Under the pieces are notes generated by a model. It was not told the origin of the DNA. It did no database searches and was given only the letters and a program-made list of their open reading frames with translations. A stretch of DNA of 64,000 nucleotides from Aquabacterium sp. (GTDB taxonomy: Bacteria; Pseudomonadota; Gammaproteobacteria; Burkholderiales; Burkholderiaceae_C). The stretch spans positions 5,882 through 69,881 of the forward strand of contig NZ_JBLIZW010000035.1 in the NCBI RefSeq assembly GCF_048860245.1, given 5' to 3'. Position 1 is the first letter of the stretch. Every line of letters starts with the position of its first letter. The position numbers and the translations under genes are program-made. This document shows positions 18,538-27,679 of the stretch, in pieces.

Positions 18538-18559
18538 GTTGTTTCCTTCAAGGAGAGTG

Positions 18560-18585
18560 AAAAAACCCGTCAGGATCTGGCGGGT
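18560..18585 (-). terminator. Candidate terminator after eda
   Basis: On the minus strand: ACCCGCCAGATCCTGACGGGTTTTTT. A 7-bp stem (one G:U) is followed by a T-run, 55 nt downstream of the eda stop. Confidence 0.5.
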
Positions 18586-18639
18586 GCAATTGTCAGATTA
18601 TCGCCCGAATGAGGGGTGTTTTGGTGCAGTGCAGCAGTC

Positions 18640-19293
18640 TCAGCATTGCATGGGCTGCATCAAGGTGGACGCCGCCTGCGCCAGCGCCGTGATGTGGTCC
18701 CATTGCCCCGCTTTGACCGCGGCAGAAGGGGCCAGCCACGAGCCGCCGACACAGGCCACATTGGGCAGGTCGAGGTAGGTGCGGGCGTTGTCGGGCGAGA
18801 TGCCGCCGGTGGGGCAAAACAGCGCGTCAGGGAAGGGGCTGTGGAAGGCCTTGAGCATGCCCACGCCGCCGGCTTGTTGCGCAGGGAAAAACTTGAAGCA
18901 GCGCAAGCCGGCATCCATGGCCGTCATCAATTCCGATGCGGTGGCCACGCCCGGCAACAAGGGCATGGGGCTACCGCTGCGCAGGGCGCTCAGCAGCCGT
19001 GGCGTGAGCCCCGGCGACACCCCGAAGTGTGCCCCGGCGTGATGGGCGGCTTCCCATTGCTCGGGGGTGGTGATCGTGCCGGCCAGGATCACCGCCTGCG
19101 GCACTTCGGCCGCCAGCGCGCGGATCACGTCCATGGCCACAGGGGTTCGCAGGGTCACTTCCAGGGTGTTCACGCCGCCGGCCAGCAACGCGCGCGCCAG
19201 TGGCACCGCGTCGTCCACCCGGTCAATCACCAGCACCGGGATCACCGGGCCCAAGGTCATGGCCTGTTCCAGGCTCAGTAACGGACGTGTCAT
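18640..19293 (-). CDS. eda: 2-keto-3-deoxy-6-phosphogluconate (KDPG) aldolase
   Basis: 217 aa. Typical Eda N-terminus ([36 protein letters not shown]). The start overlaps the edd stop (ATGA at 19290-19293). Confidence 0.9.
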   Translation of the reverse strand: MTRPLLSLEQAMTLGPVIPVLVIDRVDDAVPLARALLAGGVNTLEVTLRTPVAMDVIRALAAEVPQAVILAGTITTPEQWEAAHHAGAHFGVSPGLTPRLLSALRSGSPMPLLPGVATASELMTAMDAGLRCFKFFPAQQAGGVGMLKAFHSPFPDALFCPTGGISPDNARTYLDLPNVACVGGSWLAPSAAVKAGQWDHITALAQAASTLMQPMQC

Positions 19294-21149
19294 CGCGACT
19301 CCAGCGGGTTCCAGTCAAAACTCACGGCGCCTTGCTCTGCGCCACTCACCATGTGCCGCAGGCCACCAAACAACTCACGGCCCATGCCCACGGTGTTGGC
19401 ACGCAGGTCTGCGGTATCCACCTGGCGTGCGTCCCATTCGGCAGCAGGCACCAGGGCTTGCAAGGTGCCACGATCGGCATCCAGGCGGATCACATCGCCT
19501 TCACGCACCTTGCCGAGCGGGCCGCCTGCGAGCACTTCCGGGGTGACGTGGATGGCAGCCGGAACCTTGCCCGACGCGCCCGACATGCGGCCATCGGTCA
19601 CCAGTGCCACCTTGAAGCCTTGGTCTTGCAGGTTGGTCAGGGCCGGGGTGAGCGCGTGCAACTCCGGCATGCCGTTGGCGCGGGGGCCTTGAAAGCGCAC
19701 CACGGCCACAAAGTCACGCTGCAGCGCACCGCTTTGATAGGCCGCTTGTAGTTCGTGCTGGTCGTTGAAGAGCAAGGCAGGTGCCTCGACCACGCGGTGC
19801 GCAGGCTTGACGGCGGACACCTTGATCACGGCGCGTCCCAGATTGCCTTGCAAGACTTTCAGCCCACCGTCAGGCGAAAACGGCGTGGCCACGGTGGTGA
19901 GCACGGCCGGGTCGCCGCTGTGTTCGGGCGTGTCTTCCCACACCAGGGCGCCGTTACGCAAGACCGGGCGCTGGGTGTAGTGCCACAAGCCCTGCGGGCC
20001 GGCCACGGTCTGCACATCGCCATGCACCAGTCCGGCTTGCAGCAACGCACGAATCAGGAAGCCCATGCCCCCTGCAGCATGAAACGCGTTCACATCGGCG
20101 CTGCCGTTGGGGTAGACCTTGGCCAGCAAAGGCACCACGGCCGACAAGGCATCAAAGTCGTCCCAGTTGATGACGATGCCCGCCGCACGTGCCATGGCCA
20201 CCAGATGCAGGGTGTGGTTGGTGGAGCCACCGGTTGCCAGCAAGCCCACGATGCCGTTGACGATGGCGCGCTCGTCGATCACATGCCCGACAGGTGTGTA
20301 GTGCGCTTGGCCGTGAGTGAGTGCGAGCACGCGGCGGGCGGCCTCGCGGGTCAAGGCCTCACGCAAAGGTGTGCCCGGTGGCACAAAAGCGCTGCCAGGC
20401 AGATGCAGCCCCATGATTTCCATGAGCATCTGGTTGCTGTTGGCCGTGCCATAGAAGGTGCAGGTGCCTGCGCCGTGATAGGCCTGTTCTTCGGCTTCCA
20501 GCAAGGCATCCGCGCCGATCTCGCCTGCGGCGTAGCGCTGTCGCACGCGTGCTTTGTCGTCGTTGCTCAGGCCGGACCCCATGGGCCCCGCCGGCACAAA
20601 GATGGTGGGCAGGTGCCCGAAGGACAAGGCCCCGATCAGCAGTCCCGGCACGATCTTGTCGCACACGCCCAGACACAGGGCGGCGTCAAACACGTTGTGT
20701 GACAGCGCGATGGCGGTGCTCATGGCGATCACGTCACGCGAGAACAGCGACAACTCCATGCCCGGCTGACCTTGCGTCACCCCGTCGCACATGGCGGGCA
20801 CGCCCCCGGCGAACTGCGCGGTGCCGCCGGCTGCGCGCGCACTGGCTTTGATCCATTCGGGGTAGGCATGCAAGGGCTGGTGGGCCGACAGCATGTCGTT
20901 GTAAGCCGAGACGATGCCAATGTGTGGCGCGCGCTGTTCGCGCAACCAGATCTTGTCGCCGGATGGCGCTGCGGCGTAGGCGTGGGCCAGGTTCGTGCAG
21001 CCCAGCGCTGCACGCTGCACCGTTTGGCTTGCGGCCGACTGGATGCGCTGCAAATAGGCCTGACGGGTGTCCGCACTGCGGGCGCGAATGCGGTCCGTGA
21101 CCTCGCGCACCGTGTCATGAAGAGAGGGAGGCTGTGCAGTCAAAGGCAT
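19290..21149 (-). CDS. edd: Phosphogluconate dehydratase
   Basis: 619 aa in the IlvD/Edd family. The N-terminus aligns with the Edd pattern ([20 protein letters not shown]). Followed by eda. Confidence 0.92.
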   Translation of the reverse strand: MPLTAQPPSLHDTVREVTDRIRARSADTRQAYLQRIQSAASQTVQRAALGCTNLAHAYAAAPSGDKIWLREQRAPHIGIVSAYNDMLSAHQPLHAYPEWIKASARAAGGTAQFAGGVPAMCDGVTQGQPGMELSLFSRDVIAMSTAIALSHNVFDAALCLGVCDKIVPGLLIGALSFGHLPTIFVPAGPMGSGLSNDDKARVRQRYAAGEIGADALLEAEEQAYHGAGTCTFYGTANSNQMLMEIMGLHLPGSAFVPPGTPLREALTREAARRVLALTHGQAHYTPVGHVIDERAIVNGIVGLLATGGSTNHTLHLVAMARAAGIVINWDDFDALSAVVPLLAKVYPNGSADVNAFHAAGGMGFLIRALLQAGLVHGDVQTVAGPQGLWHYTQRPVLRNGALVWEDTPEHSGDPAVLTTVATPFSPDGGLKVLQGNLGRAVIKVSAVKPAHRVVEAPALLFNDQHELQAAYQSGALQRDFVAVVRFQGPRANGMPELHALTPALTNLQDQGFKVALVTDGRMSGASGKVPAAIHVTPEVLAGGPLGKVREGDVIRLDADRGTLQALVPAAEWDARQVDTADLRANTVGMGRELFGGLRHMVSGAEQGAVSFDWNPLESR

Positions 21150-21168
21150 GGCTCATTATGATGGGACG

Positions 21169-21912
21169 ATGCATGCACTGTCTTCCCCCACCGTGATGCC
21201 AGATGGCTTGTTGCAAGGGCTGCACACCGCGCCCGATGCGGCCACGTTGGCATACCAATTGGCGCAGGTCGTGGCAGGCCAGTTGCGTCAGGCTGTGGCG
21301 CGGCGCGGTCAGGCGCTGTTGGTGGTGTCAGGAGGCAGTACGCCGGTGCCGTTTTTTGAGGCTTTGTCGACCTGTGAGCTGCCGTGGTCTCGGGTGGTGG
21401 TCACCCTGGCCGATGAACGCTGGCTGCCCGACACCCACCCTGACAGCAACGCTCGTTTGGTGCGCGCCCATTTGCTGCAGGGCGCGGCGGCCGAGGCAAG
21501 GTTCGTCCCCTTGTTCAACGGGGCGCCCCATCCGGCACAGGGGCTGCCTGCCTTGGAGGCAGAGCTGGTGCGCTTGCCGTGGCCTGCCGATGTGGTGATT
21601 CTGGGCATGGGGGCAGACGGCCACACAGCCTCCCTGTTTCCGCATGCGCCAGAACTGTCCGAGGCCTTGTCGCCCGAGGGGGCGGGGCGGTGTGTGGCGG
21701 TGTCGGCACCGCAGGCGCCCAATGTGCCCGTGCCCCGCGTGAGCCTCAACGCCCGTACCTTGCTGGACACGCGGCAGCTGATGTTGCACCTCACCGGTGA
21801 GGCCAAGCTGACGTTGTTGCGGCAAGCCGCCGCGTCATGCGACAGGCAAGCCTGCCCGATCGCCTTGGCCGTGTGTCAGTCCACCGTGCCGTGCGCGGTG
21901 TTTCACACATAA
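21169..21912 (+). CDS. pgl: 6-phosphogluconolactonase
   Basis: LLVVSGGSTP and TLADERW motifs. The start is uncertain (ATG at 21148, 21169 or 21196). Divergent from edd. Confidence 0.8.
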   Translation: MHALSSPTVMPDGLLQGLHTAPDAATLAYQLAQVVAGQLRQAVARRGQALLVVSGGSTPVPFFEALSTCELPWSRVVVTLADERWLPDTHPDSNARLVRAHLLQGAAAEARFVPLFNGAPHPAQGLPALEAELVRLPWPADVVILGMGADGHTASLFPHAPELSEALSPEGAGRCVAVSAPQAPNVPVPRVSLNARTLLDTRQLMLHLTGEAKLTLLRQAAASCDRQACPIALAVCQSTVPCAVFHT

Positions 21913-21950
21913 AAAAACCGCACCCAGCTTGTGACCGGGTGCGGTTGAAA
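21911..21950. terminator. Bidirectional rho-independent terminator
   Basis: AAAAAAACCGCACCC-(11 nt)-GGGTGCGGTTGAAAA lies between the convergent pgl and desaturase genes. Confidence 0.65.
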
Positions 21951-21963
21951 AGCAGGGCCAGAG

Positions 21964-23079
21964 TTACTTGGCCATGCGAGCCTTCATGGGGCGGGCCGGT
22001 GAACTCGGGAACGAGTGACGCACGATGCGCCAGATCACCTGACCAAATTGCTTGAACATGGAACCCGTGTTGTAGTGCTGGCCATAGCGTTGGCAAATGT
22101 CGCGCACCACTGGCGCCATTTCGACGTAACGGTTGGCGGGGATGTCGGGGAAGAGATGGTGCTCAATCTGGTGACTGAGGTTGCCGGTCATGAAGTGCGT
22201 CAGGAAGCCGCCCGTCAGGTTGGATGAGCCACGCACCTGGCGCACATACCAGGCCGCGCGGTTGTCGTTCTTCAGCACGCTCTTGGGGAAGGTTTCCACA
22301 TCGGTGGTGAAGTGACCGCAGAAGATGACGGTGTACGTCCACAGACTGCGCATCACGTTGGCGAAGGCATTGCCCGCCAGCACCACGAAGAAGCCGGGGC
22401 CAGCCAACAGAGGCCAGATCAGGTAGTCACGAATCATCAGGCCACGCACCTTGACCAAGGTGGGGTGGGCCAGCTTGTACATCTGCTTGTTGCTCACGCG
22501 ACCTTGGAACCAACGACCCAGGCGCAGGTCCTGAATGGCCACGCCCCACTGGAACAGCAGCGCAAAGATGATGGCGTAAATGGGTTGACCCAAGCGGGCA
22601 GGGTGCCACTTTTGCTCAGGAAACAGGCGCAGCACGCCGTAGCCCAAGTCCTCGTCCATGCCGTGGATGTTGGTGTAGGTGTGGTGACGGAAGTTGTGCG
22701 TCTTGCGCCAGTTGTCCGACGTGCCGGCGATGTCCCACTCAAAGCGCTTGCCGTTGAGGTAAGGGTCGCCCATCCAGTCAAACTGACCGTGGATGACGTT
22801 GTGGCCCAACTCCATGTTGTCGATGATTTTCGACAGACCCAGCGTGAAGGCGCCGATGGCTGCGATCGGGAACACCCAGCCTTCCGGCAGAAACCACGCC
22901 ACCATCAACATCAGTCGCCCAATGGCTTCGGTGTAGCGCACAGCCTTGTAGACGTTGCGAATGTAGCGGGCATCGCGTTCACCCAGATCGGCGACCACAC
23001 GGGCACGCAGGGCGTCGATCTCGGCGCCGAAGCTTTCGACTTCTTCGGGGCTCAGATTGCGGCTCAGAGATTTGCTCAT
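21964..23079 (-). CDS. Membrane fatty-acid (acyl-CoA/acyl-lipid) desaturase, DesB-like
   Basis: Three His boxes (HNVIHGQFDW, HNFRHHTYTN, HQIEHHLFP). ATG at 23079 is preferred over the TTG at 23103 used by the ORF track. Confidence 0.85.
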   Translation of the reverse strand: MSKSLSRNLSPEEVESFGAEIDALRARVVADLGERDARYIRNVYKAVRYTEAIGRLMLMVAWFLPEGWVFPIAAIGAFTLGLSKIIDNMELGHNVIHGQFDWMGDPYLNGKRFEWDIAGTSDNWRKTHNFRHHTYTNIHGMDEDLGYGVLRLFPEQKWHPARLGQPIYAIIFALLFQWGVAIQDLRLGRWFQGRVSNKQMYKLAHPTLVKVRGLMIRDYLIWPLLAGPGFFVVLAGNAFANVMRSLWTYTVIFCGHFTTDVETFPKSVLKNDNRAAWYVRQVRGSSNLTGGFLTHFMTGNLSHQIEHHLFPDIPANRYVEMAPVVRDICQRYGQHYNTGSMFKQFGQVIWRIVRHSFPSSPARPMKARMAK

Positions 23080-23092
23080 GGTGGTTGGATGC

Positions 23093-24199
23093 TCAGAGGT
23101 CAAGGGTCAGATCCGTGCGGGCCGTGCACATGCACAGGCGCACATCGATGCCAGGCTCGCCACTTTGCTGGCCAGACTGCATGTCCAAGGTGGTGCCGGC
23201 CGTGCGGGTGCACGAGCAGGTGTGACACACGCCCATGCGGCAACCGGAGCGGGGCTTGAAGCCTTGGGCCTCCAGCGCATCCAGCAGCGACAGCGTGGTG
23301 GGCACTTCCAGGTCCTTGCCACTGCGTGCCAGGTGCCCCCAGACCGTGGCGGTGGCGGCGGCTTCAACCTTGGCCAAGGTGGGTGGGGTAAAGCCTTCGG
23401 ACTTGAAACTGCGCATCTGGCCCGCACTCAGGTCACGAGCGGCTTCGACGAAGCCAGCCGGGCCACAGGCGTAGACATCGCGGGCGCGCAGATCGGGCAC
23501 GATGTGTTGCAACTGCGCCAGGCTGATGAAACCTTGCGCTTCACCGGCTTGCAGTGTCGTTTCATGTGTCAGCACAGGCTGAAACTGGAAGCGTTCGAAT
23601 TGCTGAGCCAAGCCGCGCAGTTCATCCACAAAACACAGTTCGGCACGTGTCTTGGCCCAGTAAATCAGGGTGACGGGTGCGGTGAATCCGGCGTCGCGTT
23701 GGGCGCGGATCAGGCTCATCATGGGCGTGATGCCGCTGCCTGCAGCGAGCAGCAGCCAAGACCCCTGAGGTTGTGCGGGTAGGGTCATGTCCCCGAAAGC
23801 CTCACCCAACTCCAGCACGTCACCCACTTGAATGTGTTGACACAGGTGGGTGCTCATCACGCCACCTTCGGTCAGTTTGACGGTGATCGACAGACGACCA
23901 TCGGCGCGGGGCGCATCACTCAGGCTGTAGCTACGGGTGGTGCGGCGGCCATTGATTTCGGCGGTCACGTTGATGTGCTGACCGGCTTGAAACCCTCCGC
24001 AATTGGCATTGGGCGCCAAGACCAGCGTCACCGTGTCGGCCGCCTCTTGCTTGCGAGCGACCACACGCGCCAGCGCACGCTCCCACGACCAGGCAGGATT
24101 GATTTTGCTAGCCCAGAAGTCAAACACGGCCGGGTTGATCAGCGGCGTCAGCAGGCGACGCAAGGCACTGGGCTCAACAGCTGTGCGGGGAAGAGACAT
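23093..24199 (-). CDS. Ferredoxin-NAD(P) reductase with C-terminal 2Fe-2S domain (DesC-like desaturase electron donor)
   Basis: FAD-binding RSYSLS motif and an NAD-binding GSGITP-type motif. C-terminal plant-type ferredoxin cysteines (CRMGVCHTCSC...C). ATG at 24199 is preferred over the TTG at 24217. Confidence 0.85.
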   Translation of the reverse strand: MSLPRTAVEPSALRRLLTPLINPAVFDFWASKINPAWSWERALARVVARKQEAADTVTLVLAPNANCGGFQAGQHINVTAEINGRRTTRSYSLSDAPRADGRLSITVKLTEGGVMSTHLCQHIQVGDVLELGEAFGDMTLPAQPQGSWLLLAAGSGITPMMSLIRAQRDAGFTAPVTLIYWAKTRAELCFVDELRGLAQQFERFQFQPVLTHETTLQAGEAQGFISLAQLQHIVPDLRARDVYACGPAGFVEAARDLSAGQMRSFKSEGFTPPTLAKVEAAATATVWGHLARSGKDLEVPTTLSLLDALEAQGFKPRSGCRMGVCHTCSCTRTAGTTLDMQSGQQSGEPGIDVRLCMCTARTDLTLDL

Positions 24200-24324
24200 T
24201 GATGCGGACAAGGACAAGGCTCCATTGGCAGGATGTGCACAGTATACGGATCCGTGAACATTTGTCTATACACTTGTGCATTAATTGCGCAGCGATATGA
24301 TGTCGGCAACACGGATATCCGAAC

Positions 24325-25005
24325 ATGAGCAGCATCCTGACGACGCCATCTGACAGCAGCGTGACCAAACCCACGGTTCCGGGCACGCCTGGCCGCAAAG
24401 CAGTCATTTCCCGAGAGGACATCATTGCGGCAGCGCTCAAGCTGGTGGGGCCCAATCGGAGCGTGTCGACACTGAGCCTGCGTGAGGTGGCACGTGCGGC
24501 AGGCATTGCCCCCAACAGCTTTTACCGGCAGTTCCGGGACATGGATGAGTTAGCCGTGGCGCTCATTGAGCGCGCGGGGGAATCCTTGCGGCAAATCATT
24601 GGTGCAGCGCGTCAGCGCGCCAGTGCGGACCGCAGCGTGGTGCGCAGTTCGGTCGAGGCGTTCATGGACCAGTTGCGCAGCGACGACAAACTGCTGCACA
24701 TCCTGTTGCGTGAGGGAACGGTGGGCTCGGATGCCTTCAAGCGTGCGGTCGATCGCCAGTTGAACTTTTTTGAAGAAGAGTTGCGCCTGGATCTGATCCG
24801 CTTGGGTGAAGCCAACAAGACCGGCCTGTGTGAGCCGGGTCTGACCGCCAAGGCCATCACGCGTCTGGTGTTTGCCATGGGCTCGACGGCGATGGATCTG
24901 CCCGAAGAGCAACTCCCTGAGTTCACCGAGCAACTGGCGTTCATGGTCCGAATGATCGTGACAGGCACCCAAACCTTGGCCGAAAAAGGCAAACCTGCGC
25001 GCTGA
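24325..25005 (+). CDS. TetR family regulator, divergent from the desaturase operon (DesT-like by context)
   Basis: HTH region (IIAAALKLVGPNRSVSTLSLREVARAAGIAPNSFYRQFRDMDEL). The position mirrors P. aeruginosa desT-desCB. Confidence 0.8.
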   Translation: MSSILTTPSDSSVTKPTVPGTPGRKAVISREDIIAAALKLVGPNRSVSTLSLREVARAAGIAPNSFYRQFRDMDELAVALIERAGESLRQIIGAARQRASADRSVVRSSVEAFMDQLRSDDKLLHILLREGTVGSDAFKRAVDRQLNFFEEELRLDLIRLGEANKTGLCEPGLTAKAITRLVFAMGSTAMDLPEEQLPEFTEQLAFMVRMIVTGTQTLAEKGKPAR

Positions 25006-25050
25006 TGTGGTGGAATGTGGGCTGAGTGTAAAAAACTGCAAAGAACAGCC

Positions 25051-25623
25051 ATGCATCGCGCGATTGTTTGTTGCCTCTTCGGGGTTGGGACGGCATCTGT
25101 GGTGTCTGCGGCGCCGTACCGCTGCACCGTGAACGGGCAGGTCTATTACTCTGACCGTCCGTGCGCGGGGCAAACCCAGTTGCAGGCCTTGGGTCCTGTC
25201 AGAACGTACCCGCAGCCGACCCCCTATCGCCCCGAGTTGCCCAAAGCCCAGGATCATCTGAAGTACCTGAGTTCGGGGTGTGCGTCGATCAATGAAGCCA
25301 TTCGCACAGGGCCTTCGCGCGGTGTGCATCGAGATGTGATGCAGGGCTTGCACGAAGAGTATCGGCAAAAGTGTTCTGCTGAAGACCGCGAGGCCCGGAC
25401 GCGAGTGCGTCAGGATCAGATGAGAGCGGAGGAGACGCAGCAGGCGCAACGAGAACTGAGCCGGAAAGAGCAACAGCAAGCGCATATTCGCTCCGACCGT
25501 TGCGACGGCATGCGTGACGTCATCGCGCTCAAGCGCAAACGCGAGGCTGAATTGAACGCCAAGGAAATCGAAGCCTTGCGTTCACTTGAGCGCACTTACA
25601 ACGACGTTTGCATCAGCCGCTGA
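25051..25623 (+). CDS. DUF4124 domain-containing exported protein
   Basis: Signal peptide (CCLFGVGTASVVSA) followed by the DUF4124 motif YRCTVNGQVYYSDRPC. The C-terminal part is charged and coiled-coil-like. Confidence 0.7.
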   Translation: MHRAIVCCLFGVGTASVVSAAPYRCTVNGQVYYSDRPCAGQTQLQALGPVRTYPQPTPYRPELPKAQDHLKYLSSGCASINEAIRTGPSRGVHRDVMQGLHEEYRQKCSAEDREARTRVRQDQMRAEETQQAQRELSRKEQQQAHIRSDRCDGMRDVIALKRKREAELNAKEIEALRSLERTYNDVCISR

Positions 25624-25632
25624 GTCCATGCC

Positions 25633-26067
25633 TCATCGGTTGATGGTGCGCTCCATGGCCTGATCGCGCATCGACGGCTGGCCATCGTTCTTGGGAATGA
25701 GCAGGTCTCGGGCATGCGGGATCTTGCTGCTGCTGGCGTTCACCGCAGGGCTGGCTTGTCCCGGCACCACGGTTACCGAACCGCCGCTCACTGTTTGCTC
25801 GCTGCTGCCTTTGGGGCATTCGCCGTCGGTGTAAATCACGCTGTCGCCCTGTTTGCACTTGCGCACCCCCGCAGGCGCTTTGGGCGTGGCTGACGAGGTC
25901 GAGTTTGTGGTGGGGCCAGCAACGGGTTTGGGGTCGTTGTCAAACTCAATGGTGGGCCGGGTGGCACGCTGCGGGTGCAGAAAGTCCTGCACCACCTGAG
26001 CGTCTTTGGCCTTCCATGCCAAGCTGGCCAGAACAAGGGTCAAGACGCCTCCCGCGATTTTTTTCAT
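25633..26067 (-). CDS. DUF4124 domain-containing exported protein
   Basis: Signal peptide (MKKIAGGVLTLVLASLAWKA). Motif KCKQGDSVIYTDGECP. Confidence 0.7.
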   Translation of the reverse strand: MKKIAGGVLTLVLASLAWKAKDAQVVQDFLHPQRATRPTIEFDNDPKPVAGPTTNSTSSATPKAPAGVRKCKQGDSVIYTDGECPKGSSEQTVSGGSVTVVPGQASPAVNASSSKIPHARDLLIPKNDGQPSMRDQAMERTINR

Positions 26068-26103
26068 GCGCTGCTCTCCTGATGTGATGTTTCTTGGGGC
26101 GGC

Positions 26104-26754
26104 TCAGGCCTGCGCCAGTTCGCGCAGTGCCCGCTCGTACACCTCCACGGCTTGTCCGCCCGAGATCAATTGTCGGTCGTTGAGGATGACGGCTGGCACT
26201 GAGTGGATCCCGCGCGAGGTGTAGTAGGTCTCGGCCTCCCGCACTTCATCCACAAATTCGTCGCCAGCCAGAATGGCCTGGGCGTGCGCCACGTCCAGCC
26301 CAGCCAATTGAACGGCCTGCAGCAGCGTGTCGGTTTGATCCATGGCTTGTTGGTCGCGGTGACAGGCCACCAGCAGCGCCATCTTCAGGGCAATCTGCTG
26401 GGCGGGGTATTCCACACCGGCCCAATGCAGCAGGCGGTGGGCGTTGAAGGTGTTGTAGATCCGGCCGCGTCCGTCCGGGTTGAACACAAAGCCCACGGCT
26501 TCGCCGCGCTGGCGGATCATGTCGCGGATCTGGGCTTGCTGTTCGGGTGTGCTGCCGTACTTGTCGGTCAGGTGCTCGGTGATGTCCTGCCCACCGGGCG
26601 CCATCCGTGGGTTGAGCTCAAACGGCTGGCAGCGCAGGTACACCGTGACCTCGTCCTTCACGCGGTCAATGGCCTGCAGCAGGGCCGTCAAACCAATGGC
26701 GCACCAAGGGCAGGAAACGTCCGAGACAAAATCAATCTTGAGGGTAGTCGGCAT
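26104..26754 (-). CDS. DsbA/FrnE-family thiol oxidoreductase
   Basis: DFVSDVSCPWCAIG thioredoxin-like CxxC motif. 216 aa. Confidence 0.85.
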   Translation of the reverse strand: MPTTLKIDFVSDVSCPWCAIGLTALLQAIDRVKDEVTVYLRCQPFELNPRMAPGGQDITEHLTDKYGSTPEQQAQIRDMIRQRGEAVGFVFNPDGRGRIYNTFNAHRLLHWAGVEYPAQQIALKMALLVACHRDQQAMDQTDTLLQAVQLAGLDVAHAQAILAGDEFVDEVREAETYYTSRGIHSVPAVILNDRQLISGGQAVEVYERALRELAQA

Positions 26755-26788
26755 GGCGGGGCAGCAAAAGAATCAACCGCCATCCTAA

Positions 26789-27382
26789 TCAAGCTTGCAT
26801 GTCCCGCCAGGTGATGCGGCCATGCCCGGCCTCGCTCAAGCGGGCCTGCAGGGCTGCAGCATCGGCTTCAGCGACCTGGAACGTGAAGGTCACGTTGGCG
26901 TCGTGGGTGACGGCGCCCAGGGTGGCGCCCGCCAAGTCCAGTTCACGGCGGACCATGCCTTCTTGTGCATAGGGCGCGTCGCAGATCAGGGTGACGTGCC
27001 GCACGATGGGCACCTTGGTGGCCAGCAGCAGGGCTTGTGCCACGCTGTCGGTGTAGGCGCGAACCAGGCCGCCAGCCCCCAGTTTGACGCCACCGTAGTA
27101 GCGCACCACCGTGGCCAGCACGCCCTCCAGATCCTGGTGGCGCAGCACGTCCAGCATGGGGCGCCCGGCCGTGCCGCTGGGTTCACCATCGTCCACGGCG
27201 GCCGATTGACCGCCCGCCAGCAGCGCCCAGCACACATGGGCGGCGCCGGGATGGGTGGCGCGCAGTTCGGCCACGATGTGTTGGGCCCGTTCCCGGTCAG
27301 CGACCGGTTGCACGCAGCCAATGAAGCGGCTTTTCTTGATCAGCAACTCGCTGTGAGCGGCGTCGGCAAGGGTTTGCGGCAT
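26789..27382 (-). CDS. yigZ: YigZ/IMPACT family protein (UPF0029)
   Basis: IKKSRFIG motif near the N-terminus and GGVKLGAGGLVRAY motif. 197 aa. Confidence 0.8.
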   Translation of the reverse strand: MPQTLADAAHSELLIKKSRFIGCVQPVADRERAQHIVAELRATHPGAAHVCWALLAGGQSAAVDDGEPSGTAGRPMLDVLRHQDLEGVLATVVRYYGGVKLGAGGLVRAYTDSVAQALLLATKVPIVRHVTLICDAPYAQEGMVRRELDLAGATLGAVTHDANVTFTFQVAEADAAALQARLSEAGHGRITWRDMQA

Positions 27383-27391
27383 CCGTTGGGC

Positions 27392-27670
27392 TCAGGCCAG
27401 GGTGCGAGGCGGGTTGCCCGATTCGGGTGGGCCGCCACGGTGAGACTTGGTCCAGCTGTAGTCGGCGGGGAGTTCGTCGCTGACGCCGGGCTTGCTGACG
27501 CAGTCACCCAGTTCCGTGTTGATGACCACGTGCTGGTGGGCGGCCTGACCATTGGCGTCCTTGGCCTTGCGTTGGGTTTCGGCAAAGGCCATCGCGGCCA
27601 GCAATTCGCTGTCGTTGAATTGCCGGACGGATGGCTGGCCTTGCGTCAACCAGTAAACCACGATGCTCAT
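27392..27670 (-). CDS. Hypothetical small protein (92 aa)
   Basis: ORF sits with 9-nt gaps between leuA and yigZ on the same strand. I recognise no family. Confidence 0.5.
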   Translation of the reverse strand: MSIVVYWLTQGQPSVRQFNDSELLAAMAFAETQRKAKDANGQAAHQHVVINTELGDCVSKPGVSDELPADYSWTKSHRGGPPESGNPPRTLA

Positions 27671-27679
27671 GGTGCGGGG

